The notes under the pieces: generated by a model
Seen by the model: only the letters and a program-made list of their open reading frames with translations
Databases searched by the model: none
What the model was told of the DNA's origin: nothing
Assembly: GCF_001194135.2 (NCBI RefSeq)
Contig: NC_068988.1
Span: 83,915,240-83,979,239 of the forward strand
Length of the DNA: 64,000 nucleotides
Source of the DNA: Octopus bimaculoides
Lineage: Eukaryota
Direction: 5' to 3'
Shown here: piece by piece, positions 50,171 to 63,614 of the stretch
Layout: each line of letters begins with the position of its first letter
How positions within the stretch are numbered: position 1 is the first letter of the stretch
Position numbers and translations under genes: made by a program

Positions 50171-52680
50171 AGAGGGGTTAAAGAAATGCCAGGATACCCA
50201 AGTAGAAGAGGAAGACAGACAAATGATAAAAGCTGATGTCGAATCTCACAAACAAAATTAATGTTGCATGGTATATTTTAGACAAAATACAACACTATAT
50301 AAATACACTGAATACCATTAGTATTGCATGGAAAATTGTATACAAGACACACCATGAATACTGTGTGGGAGAAACCATAAAGACACCAATACTTTTATAA
50401 GTACAGCAACATAGATATAAATACTGAAAGGAAAAACTTCAAACAAGACATAATCAAATATCTAACACCATTAGTGAAGTATTAAACCTTAGACAAGAAA
50501 CTCTATATGAAACATCAACTTAACATTGTAGAATACTCAGTCACTTACATGCTAATTTAATGAGCAGATAATTCACTTGATCAAACTGTTTGCTCATTGT
50601 CAAAACCAATAGTGAACCATTTACATTTGACTTAAGGTCCTTTAACTCAGTAAAAGATCAGTTGTATGCTAGTCATTAAATCTACCTTCCTATAAAATGT
50701 AAGGCTTCACATCAATCATCATCATGATTTAATGTCTTCCTTCCATGCTGGCATGGGTTGGACAGTTTGACAGGAGCTGGCCAGGCAGGAGCTTGCGTCA
50801 TGCTTCTGTGCATGTTTTGGCATGGTTTTTACAGCTGGATGCCCTTCCTAACACCAAGCACTCCATAGAGTGGGTTGAGTGCTTTTTACATTGCACTCAC
50901 AGAAGCAAGGTCAATTTTGGCATGGTCTTTACAGCTGGATACCCTTCCAAAGGCCAACCACTTTTCAGTGTGAACTGGGTGCTTTTTAAGTGGCACCTGC
51001 ATTGGCAGGGTCACCAAGTGACTTTGCAAGGCAAAGAGTCTTTGAGAGGTGAAGGGGCTTTGGAGGTGATCTTGTGTCAGATGATGAAAAATTAGAGTGT
51101 GACAGAGGCAGAAACAGATGTCTTGTAGAAGTCCATGGTTACCCAACGAGAGGGAAAGAAAGAGAACAAGAGTTAACAAGAATGAGGGTAGAAACAGTTA
51201 CCTAAAGAGGGAGTGGGAGTTAAGAAAGAGGTGTGCTGCTGTAAAGGAGATACACAGTTATCTAGCTAGAGGTAAGAGCAAGGGAGGGAGTGAGAGAGAG
51301 TGAGCAAGAATGAGGATAAAATTACCATCAAGTTCCACTTAAAAAAGGAAACCTAGATGTGGGTCTATCAGAAGGAGTTATTAAAAAGAAAAAAAACACT
51401 TAAAATAACAGTCGCTACAATCAATAATTAATCAAGGTACAGCAAATATCTGAAATACAGAAAATAGGTTAAAAGAAAAAGTTTATAAGTCATGTTTTGT
51501 TAAAATAATTATTTCATTAAAATGTCATACATTATGTTAGTGTATAACTGTTAGCAGAGCGAAAATTGATTTAATTTAATGACTGAAATTTGATTTTTAC
51601 AATAGCAGGTAAAAGTCTGTGAATCCATATCTGAAAACAATGTCAATATTTTTACTGTACATTGACATTAGCAGCTCAACAACATTATATAAAAGCATTG
51701 TGATCTAACGTTATGGACCACTGCATATATTGTGTGTGTGTGTGTAATGTTTATGCTGACAATCTAAAAATATACCAGTGTTAGACTGTAAACACAAACT
51801 CTAATATAACTATTTTATAAAAAAACTTTTTTGCATTTGTTATAATTTGTTTAAATCACTTCATTCAACCAAAGAAAATTTTTACATCAATCAACTGTCC
51901 ATAATACCATATGTGTCAACATTTTCATTTCACATCCATTTTCTATGCTGGCATGAATTGGACAGGTTGACCCAGTCAAGTCGGATGTCATTCAGAGTTA
52001 CCGCCCACATACACAAGGTCACAGGACTCCATTTCACTCAGACACATCAGTTTTGGCATGGTTTCTATGGCTGGATGACCTTCCAAATGCCAACCACTTT
52101 ATAGAGTGTACTGGGTAAAGTTTATCATTGCACTAGCAGTTACATATCAATCTTTTACTGATTACACTCAGTGGACTGCTGGCCATATTGGAGTACCACC
52201 TTTGAGGGATTTTTGTTGATCATATCAATTCTAATACTTACTTTAGATTTAATTGATCTCTACTAGTCAAAACACATTACAAGACAAATACATGAACCAA
52301 ATTATCTAATGTATCCTTCCTTTGTGAAGATGAGATTTGAAGGAATCTAGCTGCTATTCTTGCAAAATTGAACAACCACAAAGGGTTTTTATGAGGTCAC
52401 TACAATCAACAATACCCATTACCTACAAATTTGTTCGACAGCAAAAACTATTTATCTGCTGTAAATTATTTTGATAATTACCCAAAAATGTTAAATGTTA
52501 TTTAATACTAATCATGTCATTGTGTGTGTGAGTAAACATTTTTAATGTGAGTACGAGTTGAAAGCTGGGTGTGTGGGAGGGATTTTAAAACAATTGTTTC
52601 TAGAGCCAGATGCTATTACAAAAAGTAGCCAAGAAAGAGACGTTTCTGTTTTTCCTTTTTCAACCTACCTTACTCTAGAG

Positions 52681-53001
52681 CAGTAGTTCTCAACTGAGAT
52701 CCATATAAGATTTTTGGGGGTCCACGTAAGCAAAATAGTAAATTGGGGACGCACAGTAGTATATTAAAGGTCCATGAAAAAAAATTTGCTTCAGATGTAT
52801 TTATTGCAGGAAACAGCTAGTTTTCTTTCTCTAACATTTTTCATTGTTCAACTTTCACAAGGGAATGTTTGAAAAACAAAATAGGAATTTTGAAAGAAGT
52901 ATCTAAAAAGCTGTTTTTAAATATCAAATGGCTAAGAGGGTCCACCAGAGTAAAATAATAATCAAAGAGATCCATAGATAAATGATGGTGGGGAACCACT
53001 G
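52681..53001. mobile_element. hAT/Charlie-type MITE
   Basis: TIRs CAGTAGTTCTC / GGGAACCACTG; 8-bp TSD CTCTAGAG (52673-52680 and 53002-53009). Confidence 0.85.
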
Positions 53002-56000
53002 CTCTAGAGAAAAATACAGAGGAGACAATAAAGGATTTTTATCTTATACCCACGTAGTCGATAGCTGCAGCTCCTTAAAAAAAATTACAAGTAGCTGTGC
53101 CTCCCAAATAGACATTTCTATTAACAAACATACGATTGTTTGGAAACCAGAATGAATAATTAGCTCCTAATACTTGTTTATATAATATGTGATAAACCTA
53201 AGGTTAACAACCTATCCAAAATAAACATTACTGCTATTTCTATTTTTATATTGACTTGTAACAGAATACTATGAAAACACTTACATTTGCTAACGTCTAG
53301 GGTTTTAAAAAAAGGTCAACAGGATACACGAACAAAAATAATATAAACTGTTGTAATAAGTTAACGCTCGTAATGCAATCGTGAGCCAACACAAAAGATA
53401 CAATGGTTAAAAAAGGAACCAGTTAAGTGGTTAAAGCACAAATAACCAGCAGGTAGATCTGGTTTAGAGATAACCAGAATGTCAAGGTCAATTTGAGATC
53501 ACAAGATAACGGAAATAACATGTGGATGTGCGTGTGAAGATAATAGGTGAGGAAGGTAGGAAGTTCGAAATTTTGGAAGGGTATGTATCTTCACCACTTC
53601 TGTGATATGCTATTTTAACTGCTCGACCAAGCTTAAAACAAAAGCTCCAGTTAGCCCTGCGACTGATTTGATCGACATTAAAGAGTTACAGCCCCTTGTA
53701 GCAGTAACTCATAAATTGACAATTTAAAAAAATATATTTTTATAAACAGAAAATTATAAAAACTTAACGCAATTAAAATAAACATTTCTTAGCCCTGATT
53801 GAGCTGGCTTATGATCAAAGATATTCCAACCGTGACCATCTCGTTTATGTAATCCTGACTACATTATCCAACAGAACATTCATTTTTTTAAAAAATGATG
53901 TATAATTTGAGGAAAATTTATTTGCTATTTCTAGTAAGTCAAGCGATGACAGAGAACCCTTGTAGGCTAGTAAAAGAAATCGTAATTTTCTTTAGCAGAA
54001 GGTAATTTATATTTTCATTAATCATGTTTTTTTTCATTCGATTTCTTCTTTTTATGTCAAGCAATGGAGGAGGATCAACAACCGTATAACCTCTACAAGT
54101 CCTCTAAGATCGATACGATTTATAATCAGTTTGTACAACTGCGGGTTAATGTGGCCAGGATGGGAAATCTATGGTGTCGGGGAAGGCGTATATGTGAAGG
54201 AAGGACAGGAATATTTAGTGCAAGTACTTGGCGATGACAGTTCAGAGTAGCAGAAACTATCGTAGGAACTGTAGAAGAGGAAGTGAAAAGAAACAACAGT
54301 TGTGAAGCCATTGTCATTACATGCAATTTCTTGACCTGTTAGAAATAATCAAATTTCCCTCAAATCAAAACACACTATACCGTCTGAAATAAGAAATACT
54401 GAGAAATATAATGTAGTCCAATATTTAAAAAATAGTTGCTTACAGCCGGAACATCTTTGATGCTAGGTCTACTGATTCAAAGCTAACTTGGAGGTAAAGC
54501 ATCATCAATCACAATAAAGTGAAGAGGTTAAATAACAAATGGTTAGTAATTACTCTTGCTAAAAAAATAGCGAAAGAGGAGGAAAAAAGAAGCTAAAAGC
54601 TAAAAGCGGTGAGTACAAAATAATGACCTCAACTCAATATCAGAGGTCATCTGAAATATATCGAATAACCTGACGGAATTCACAAGAAATGGAGCTTCGA
54701 ATGAGATCTAAGACCAACGAAATGACTGCGTATTCGGCAGTGAGCTGTAGAAAATTATATGAAGTAGGCCTTAAGTTATTTATTAACACCAAACCTTGGC
54801 TAAGAACTGCAGGTAGCATATTTGAATAATTAAAAGAATAACATTTTTTTAAAGTAACTGTCATAATAATGAAAACTATGTGGAAGGGACAAGTAGAGTC
54901 ATTTGATATTTATTTTATCGATTGCAGGAACTCAAAGATCCAATGACAGTTATTTTGCCTTACTTCCTACTATTTCTCCCACTACACCACCAAGTCGAGA
55001 AAAGGGATTACCAACACAGTCGAACTACTTGACAAGTAAATCCCTTTTCATTATCCACTAAAGGTTTCCAAATAATAATTATAACAACGATAATTTCAAA
55101 TGTTGGCACAAGGCCAGCAATTTTAAAGGAAGGAGTAAATGAATATCATCGATCCCAGTGTTCGACTGGTACGTTTTTACACGACACCTAAAGGATGAAA
55201 AGTGAAGTCGACCTCGGTGACATTTGAACTCAGAACGCAGTGGTAGACGAAATACCGCTAAGCATTTAGTTCGGACGTGGTAACGATTCTGCCAGCTCGT
55301 GGCCTTAATAACAGTAGGATAAATTAAGTAATGTTTAATAACAATAGGATACATTAGGTAATGAAGTCCTATATTACACTGAAATATTGTTGACTACAGC
55401 TCTACTCGATCAGGTTTATGTAAGGGATTGTGTGACACCTGTCCAGTGCCAACCTTAACTTCCTTACAGGTTAAACAACAAACTTGATTACTAAACCCTT
55501 TTCTAAATTTGTTATATGCAATCTGTTAATTTGTTATACAATTTTAAGGTCTACCGTGAACCAGCTCATATCTAAGTATACTTAACAGTTAAACAGAAAA
55601 TGTTAATATTTTCGATAAATCATAAATTTCAATACCTACACACATGTTTTACAACAATTTGAATGGGAGAAAAGGCTCATTATATTTGGTTCTGAAGGCA
55701 AAACTTGAAATTTTTATGAGGAAAAATAGGGGCTAATGCATAAAAAGATTCAGGGGGCTTTCCATGCAAACAATCCATTGATAAATAAAAGTAACTAAAT
55801 GTGAAAATGCTTTAAAATAAGTGTCCTGGACACTAACTGCAGATAGATCCAAAAATAAATCTAATTTAATTGCTGAACACAGTCACTTATCAAAATTATT
55901 TAAATCTGTTTCCACTTGACAAACAGCCTGGACTTTAAACTCACTTCAAGTAGAAATGGATCACACATTGTAGTTTAAACCTAAATCTACTTTGATCAAA

Positions 56001-56831
56001 CCTAAGCTCAAAGACATTCAAACCGTAAGAACCCTGCCTTATAGCATATAAAGACATATAATGTATAGTTTTCTAATTTAAAATCGTAGTTAGTGTGGTC
56101 TAAAGGAATATCTTAGTCTATTATAAACAACTAAACTTAGTGCAGAAATCTTATTCGCCACTAATTCGTTAATAACAATGGGTAGCCCCATAATAATAAC
56201 TCTTATGTGATTGTCTGGAAAAAAGTTGCCCCTTAAGCAGAAAAAAAAGTAGGCTCACTTCATTCCGAATATCTGAGCGAAATGAAAATATATTCAATAA
56301 TGAAAGTATTAATATTGTACTAAAAAAAATCTGTGGTATTTGTTTTTTTTCCTTTGCATTTTAAGTTGAAACCCATGCAATTGCCCAAATTAGTTCCTCT
56401 ATCCTTTAGGCTATGGTAAGGACATGGGGACTATTCACAGCGTCCCTTAACCATTAGTATAAATGTGGCCGGCGTGGTACATTATGAGGACAATGGGGAT
56501 GTTGTTGGTAGTGAGTCATCATTTGAATTGAGAAAACGTATCGCAACAAATGTAAGAAATCCTGGGAGAAAACATTTCTATGAAATTTAAAATGCTACTA
56601 CTTTTTAAAAATGAAAATATCATTCCACATGCAAATGACATGTTTATATGCCTCGTCTATTTTAAATGAAAACATTAGGACGGAATGAAAAGAGTACGTC
56701 TTTCATTACTCAAAGATAATACAACCCCACCCCCATTTCTTTCACTATTTTACCCAGGTATTCTTGCAATAAAAGTTTTTGAAAGGTATCGAAAGAACCC
56801 TAAAATAAAGTGATCGTATGTTAGACATGTA

Positions 56832-56917
<86 letters not shown>

Positions 56918-57764
56918 TGAACAGATTAGTAAAGATATCGATAAGAAACGATTTTCTCTAGGTCATTCCCTCATCTATCAGTCCTGTGGTAAAAGCGTTC
57001 AATCATGACCATTTTTGTGTAACTGAGACAACATCCGACATGTGTCCTTCCTTCTTTCGAAAACGGTAGAATTTGAAAGAGATTTGGTTGTTATTTCAAG
57101 CAGATTGGGAGAACGCCTATTAGTCTCCTTGAAACCCCACCTCATCCACCTTTTATTTTTCAGATTCGTAATTTATGTTTGAAAAATACACATCCAAAGA
57201 GAAGCTTTAGAAGCACTAGATAATTTCCGACTCTAATATACAGGAATGCAATGTATATATTAAAATATTTGACCGTTTGCACGAATATAAATATACATAT
57301 ATATGTGCAGAGGAGTACAAGCGAGAAAGGGAAATATTCGATACAAAAAAAGAATCTATATATATATTTATTATAAGTCGAAATTCTACTTTCATCGTAA
57401 ATAGTGGCTTACGTGACACAATGCCCATTCAATAACCACAGCTAAAATACAACAATACTAAACAAACGTGACTGTTTTCACCTTGAACTGCCCTCCCGCT
57501 CTCACCAAGCGACACTCAAGTAATTAAAGCAAAACGTAAAATCATTGTAAAAACGTTGTGAAAAGAAGCCACAACTGTAATTTCTAATGTAAAACAGACA
57601 TTAAGAATAATAGAGAAGCTGTTTTGAAGAAAGATGGATTTTGTTACATAAGAACGAAATGAAGAAGATTGCAAGGTTGGTGCAATATGATGTAGGTGTG
57701 TGATATGCAAATGAACCAGTAGTGGCGGGGAGGATTGGGTTAATTCAAAGAGGGTCTTACTCAC

Positions 57765-57888
57765 CAACTTTGCCTTTATGGTGGTCAACTGGCTTGCCAC
57801 CAGCTGAAGAACTTCTAGCCAGACATAGTAAAACTGGCCGCTGTTTACTCACAATATTTGAGGCAAGCCGACATAAAGAAAAAGCCAT
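57765..57888 (-). CDS. COX5B: Cytochrome c oxidase subunit 5B, exon 1 (mitochondrial presequence)
   Basis: ATG at 57888; MAFSLCRLASNIVSKQRPVLLCLARSSSAGGKPVDHHKGKV; Arg/Ser/Leu-rich with no acidic residue in the first ~34 aa; donor G|GTGAGT; 124 nt, phase 1. Confidence 0.85.
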
Positions 57889-57965
57889 GCTGCTAAAGAG
57901 GTTCACTGACGCTAAGAAATCTCGACGAGATTTTAGTGAGAGTTCGTCTAGGTAACCGAAGTACC

Positions 57966-57980
57966 TGACGTCACTTCCTG
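57966..57980 (-). promoter_or_regulatory. COX5B: Overlapping ETS(GABP)/CRE motif in the COX5B proximal promoter
   Basis: - strand CAGGAAGTGACGTCA, 78-92 nt upstream of the ATG; a second TGACGT half-site near 57994-58000. Confidence 0.65.
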
Positions 57981-58499
57981 TATCTAGTGAGACTACGTCA
58001 CTGGATCACCTTTCCCCTCCTTTCTGTAAACAATTTCAATGACAACGTGAGCCTGTCATTGGAGACTTCACACGGTCGATCAGTTTGCTTGAAATAGCAG
58101 CCAAATTCCTCTAGTCATTATGGTCACGACTGGAAATGCCTTTGAACATGGGTTTGCTCAGTTAGGGCTGATACTGGGCTAAATGGCAATCATAACTGCA
58201 CAAACAAGGGAGCTCAATCAACTAGAAATAGCTCCTAAATTTCCCTCAAATTCACAGGTCTTTAAAAAAAAATGGAATGGTTACGGTTGTGTTGTCTTGG
58301 ATCATGGGTTTGCTGAGTCAGGACGGGTTGATCTAGAACTAAGCAATAACCTCCAACGGAATCTACGTCCTCGATCAAACTGCAAAAAATAGCAGTCATA
58401 TCTCCCTCAAATGGTTCTCAAAAAAGACAATGAAAAGACAAACTGAATAATGTGATTTTACATTATGCTTGGTAAAAACAGCACGGTCTTGACCGCAAT

Positions 58500-58797
58500 A
58501 TTTTTAGACCATCGGCTAAACGGCAACAACCACAGTGACCTCTCACTCTACAACTATATTATCACGAGTGATAAGGGCCCGGTAGTAACATTTAACCCGG
58601 CCACATCTGACCCATCTACCTGTTTTATGTTGGAACTGACCAGACCTGATCCCTCACGCGTATTTCACAATGCCATTCTATAAATAAACAATCACATCAT
58701 GGAAATCTCAAAGCCACACGATGATACGTGAATATTTCAAAATAATATGAATAAATATTTCATTTGATAGAATAATCTGAATGCTAAAGGGTTAAAC
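58500..58797. mobile_element. piggyBac-type MITE end; related end at about 24940-25488
   Basis: Both end in GAATGCTAAAGGG|TTAA and share tgttttatgtt..aaatctcaaagc.aca. Confidence 0.55.
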
Positions 58798-60585
58798 TAC
58801 ATTCGCTCCTGCAGTTTAATAAAGCCAAAATATGTCTATGCTGACAAAGGTCAAATTCACTCTCCACTCCATTCTATTTTTAACAGAATTAAATTTCGAG
58901 TTGTTTTTTCTGCTTTTCAGCAAGATAAAAATTTTCAAAATCACTACCAGTAATTAATTTTAATACATTAACCCTTTCACTGCGAAATTAAATTTCATGG
59001 TTATTCCAGTAATTACGCTAAATATCTACCAAAAAATTGGTACTTCAACAAAAAATAGTTTTAAACATGACGTTTCTTAACAAAAGATACATCGGTGTAT
59101 GAAACTGCTTTCTGCAGTTAAGGATAATGACATTTTGAGTGGATATATCTGATTTCCGTAATAAAAGGGTTACATCAAATACCCTAGCTCCCACTCTACA
59201 ATTAATCACATATCGGTATGGAGACTATTGGTGTAGTTTAGTGTGTGTGTGATAGCAGAACCGAGGGGAATTGTCTTAGTGGTCAAGAAACTACAGCCAA
59301 TCAAGAAACTACAGCCAAATCACAACTATTACAACGGACAAAAATAACAACCGAATATTACACAAACCTATCATAGATCCCAACTTATTAATGATTAAAT
59401 ATTAAGTAAAGACAAATTCATAAAAGTAATATTAGTTTCAAATTTTGGCACAAGGCCGGCAATTTCGAGGCTGGGATAAGTCGATTACAGTAACTCCAGT
59501 GCTCAACTGGTACTTATTTTATCGACCCCGAAAGGATGAAAGGCGGAATTTCAACTCAGAACGTAAAGACGGACGAAATGCTTAGCATTTTGTCCTGCAT
59601 GCTAATGATTCAGCCTACTTGCCGCCTTATTCACAAAAATAATATTTCAATGAGGAAATATAACATCAAAACAACCACGTAGTTGTCTCCCGTTCTTGCT
59701 ACATCTGTTGAAATAATATTGTTAAAATGATTTAATTATTGGAATTTTTTTCGTGAGTGTGCTCCCTATATTGAATCTGTTGATACTAACGTAACTGCAC
59801 AAGTGAATGGCATTCCCGAGTAACCAATCTCAGTGATTTACTTTTTAGANNNNNNNNNNNNNNNNNNNNNNNNNNNNNNNNNNNNNNNNNNNNNNNNNNN
59901 NNNNNNNNNNNNNNNNNNNNNNNNNNNNNNNNNNNNNNNNNNNNNNNNNNNNNNNNNNNNNNNNNNNNNNNNNNNNNNNNNNNNNNNNNNNNNNNNNNNN
60001 NNNNNNNNNNNNNNNNNNNNNNNNNNNNNNNNNNNNNNNNNNNNNNNNNNNNNNNNNNNNNNNNNNNNNNNNNNNNNNNNNNNNNNNNNNNNNNNNNNNN
60101 NNNNNNNNNNNNNNNNNNNNNNNNNNNNNNNNNNNNNNNNNNNNNNNNNNNNNNNNNNNNNNNNNNNNNNNNNNNNNNNNNNNNNNNNNNNNNNNNNNNN
60201 NNNNNNNNNNNNNNNNNNNNNNNNNNNNNNNNNNNNNNNNNNNNNNNNNNNNNNNNNNNNNNNNNNNNNNNNNNNNNNNNNNNNNNNNNNNNNNNNNNNN
60301 NNNNNNNNNNNNNNNNNNNNNNNNNNNNNNNNNNNNNNNNNNNNNNNNNNNNNNNNNNNNNNNNNNNNNNNNNNNNNNNNNNNNNNNNNNNNNNNNNNNN
60401 NNNNNNNNNNNNNNNNNNNNNNNNNNNNNNNNNNNNNNNNNNNNNNNNNNNNNNNNNNNNNNNNNNNNNNNNNNNNNNNNNNNNNNNNNNNNNNNNNNNN
60501 NNNNNNNNNNNNNNNNNNNNNNNNNNNNNNNNNNNNNNNNNNNNNNNNNNNNNNNNNNNNNNNNNNNNNNNNNNNNNNNNNNNNN

Positions 60586-60756
60586 TCTACACCCTTTGAA
60601 AAGTATTTGTAGAAAATTTCATTAAAAAGGTACCCATTTTTCTGAAAGTTATAGGGAAACAAAGCCGACTCGAAATCTATACCATCTGAAGCGTATTTGT
60701 ACAAAATTTCATTAAAAAATACCAATTTTTCTGCATGTTATAAAGAAACAAAGTCG
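60586..60756. repeat. 90-bp tandem repeat, two visible units next to a gap
   Basis: tctacaccctttgaaaagtatttgtagaaaatttcattaaaaa.. repeats at 60586 and 60676. Confidence 0.75.
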
Positions 60757-61335
60757 TTGAGGGCGCACTTGTGAGATCTTTCTGATTTGGCGGACACCAT
60801 TTTTTATTTAGTTTTTATTTAGTGTGTTTTCTACCGAAACACCAGAAACATCCCACTTGTGTAGGTATGCTCTATATTAAAGTGTTCATTTATAACAATT
60901 TTTATACCGCTACTTTTCATTCTCACTACAACTACTGTATGGGTTGTTTACTTTTGAACCACTCGCACAGGAATTTCAAAGATATTGCTATGTTCCGGTT
61001 TACTGTATACGCCACTTATCTCTATAATATACTGAAGAGATAAGTAAAGCACTTGCCTCCCCATTGCATTCATTGTATGAGTGAGAGAGAAAGAGTACAA
61101 AGAAAAATTGTACACATCTCTCTATTTTAATATTAAGTTTTCAAAGAATAAAGTATGCCTCGAGAGTGTCATTGATTACTAAGGAATTTGCTTAATTTAT
61201 TGTCGATTAAATATGTCTATTGACTCATTAATTACTTCTGTCACACAACAGTCAACAGTTATCTGTTTCTGGGCCATCGCTATCTCCATAGAGACATTCA
61301 TTGCTAGTGACAGTTATCGCAGGACAGATTAAATA

Positions 61336-62160
61336 CAGGGCGTTCAGGTTAAATTTGACAGTTTGCATATAAAGAAACGAAAACACAATATCTTGTCCAA
61401 AGATAAAAGTATTTTTAAAAAATCGAGATAACAGTTTATTCAAAGTAGCCGCCCTCAGGTTCCACCATGACCTCAAGACGGCTCCAAAATATGGCTTACT
61501 ATATCACTGGAAAGACCTTTGAATACCTCCTTGATCTTGGTAACCAGCTCGGCCTTAGTATTGCAGGCAGGTCGGTTGGTGTCTTTCTCAACCGTGCCCC
61601 ACACATAGTCATCCATGGGATTACAATCGGGAGAAATAGGTGACCAGAAATTGGGGCTGGTGAAATCGTAGAAATTCTCCGACAACCGCTTCTGATTCTT
61701 TCTGGAAGTATGGCAAAAAGCTGCCTTCTAGCAGCGCCCTCTCCAACCAAGGATTGACCATAGTCACCAGCAGCTTCTCGTAGCTGTCTAAGGTCCTGTT
61801 CAAATATGTATGGACGAATTCCGGAGTGCAGGTGCAATCAGAATGCCTGCTGTGTCCCTTCCTGCTGGTCACGGGTTCGTAGTCTCCATTCCAACTGTTC
61901 ATGTCACGTCTTGCAGCCTTTACAGCGTTCACAGAGCGTTGAACAGCAGTCACGATGTCGGCATTTTGATACCTGACTCGAATCATCATAATATAGGTAA
62001 CTCTTTTCCAGTATTCAGATGGCTTCCAGCCCTCCATATCAGCTAACTTTTTTTCAACTACAACTTTAATTTTTATGCACTCCAACACCGTCACCAATAC
62101 ATTAAGCTGTTCCTGAAAAAAGGAGACATTAAAAAATCGTTTAATTAAGCCCGAACACTG
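61336..62160 (-). mobile_element. Tc1/mariner (maT/DD37D-like) transposon remnant, internally deleted
   Basis: SENFYDFTSPNFWSPISPDCNPMDDYVWGTVEK..; weak TIR similarity CAGGGCGTTCAGGTTAAATT vs CAGTGTTCGGGCTTAATT. Confidence 0.75.
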
Positions 62161-63604
62161 TTAGTACCAACTGAACCCTGGGGTTCGATGTAATCGACTA
62201 GCCCCTACACCTAAAATTTTAGCACAAATCTTGTGCTAAAATCTGAAATCATTAATAATACCACTTTTTTTTTTTGTCCTGATTATTTTTTCCACTCTTA
62301 CAGTAACACATGACGGTGTCACTCATATATCCAGTCGTTTAAGTTGTCCTTGTTGGGGTAAATAACTTACTCGCATTCATCCACTAGTTCCACCAATAGC
62401 TGTATTATGACTAACATATTCAGTAATCAGTTGTAATAACTAGTTGAGAAACAATTATCTCCAGCAATGTTTATTGATAACACTCAACATTTTATAGATC
62501 ATATTTGCCGGCGTATAAGATGCACCCTCGCATAAGAGGCACTCCTATTTTACAAGTGTGTTTTGTGGGGAAAAAAAAAAAAAACAAATTTAGTATGCTT
62601 CATCATACATTTATTGAAAGATATTTTTATCCTATATCTGTTTGTGCTGCTTGCACGAATTTCTGTGACTCTCCGTCGCCATTGAATTCTACCCGTGCAA
62701 CGAGCGATTTAGTATGAATTTGAACTGGGATCTTGAGTCATAATGAATCTTTCATGAACTAATTACACAACCATGGATGCCACCCCTACAGATGCGTTGC
62801 AGTTACTCTCTTAATAGAGCTTAGTGATCCTGATCGTTGATCTTCTAGAATTTTTCTGCTAGAATGTTGGCTCAGTTGAGCTCTTCTGATGCCTCTTCAC
62901 AATCCTCCCTACTGCAGTCCCATGACTTCGCTGTATTCCTGGCAGGGTGGTTGAACAAGTACTATACCTTGCTAAAGGGTAGTCTGTAACAATTTAAGGA
63001 ACGGTCGTCACTCCGTGAGGTATTTTCTGAGAAACTGCATACTCATTGACTGGTATTCATGGGTAATATACTTTAAAGTGGTTTTGTAGGATGTAAACAT
63101 TGTATTTCTGGCTGTGATGTTTTATATAATCGCAATCAGCTAGTAGGGTGACTCACCATCGCTATGGTTTTGTCGTCTTCCACTGATTGCAAATACCTGA
63201 CAGGTAGATGAAATTTTGTTAACATTAGAACTTTTCATTTAAACAATTAAAAAATCTTTCTTAAAGGTAATAGATCCATTAAATAATGTAACACAGATGG
63301 GATATATGCTGGGGAAGGAGGTATAACGAGATGATGTGACTTCCCCACATAACTGCCAAGTTTTCCTAGTTGTACTAACAGGGTAAGATATTTTGGCCAA
63401 GTTTTCCTAGTTTGTACTAACAGGGTAAGATATTTTGGCTTGTTTTCAATATTTTATTACTAATAACAATTATTGTACATAGGGGACTTATGTTTATGCG
63501 GCTCCATAGGATTACAAAATTCATTTCAATAGATTCTTAACTGAAACGTCCGGTAATTTCAAAATTAAACTGCCAGAAACAAGTTGTAGTAACGCCTTGT
63601 CTCG

Positions 63605-63614
63605 TGCGCATGCG
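63605..63614. promoter_or_regulatory. NRF-1-like palindrome in a GC-rich patch (possible promoter of the next gene)
   Basis: TGCGCATGCG followed by a pyrimidine run and GGCCGGCCGGCC. Confidence 0.4.

Noticed and set aside
57722-57955. + strand 77-aa ORF in the track
   Set aside because: It is the antisense shadow of COX5B exon 1.
62620-63110. GC-richer block as a coding exon
   Set aside because: All six frames are interrupted by stops and no motif was recognised; probably an unclassified decayed element.
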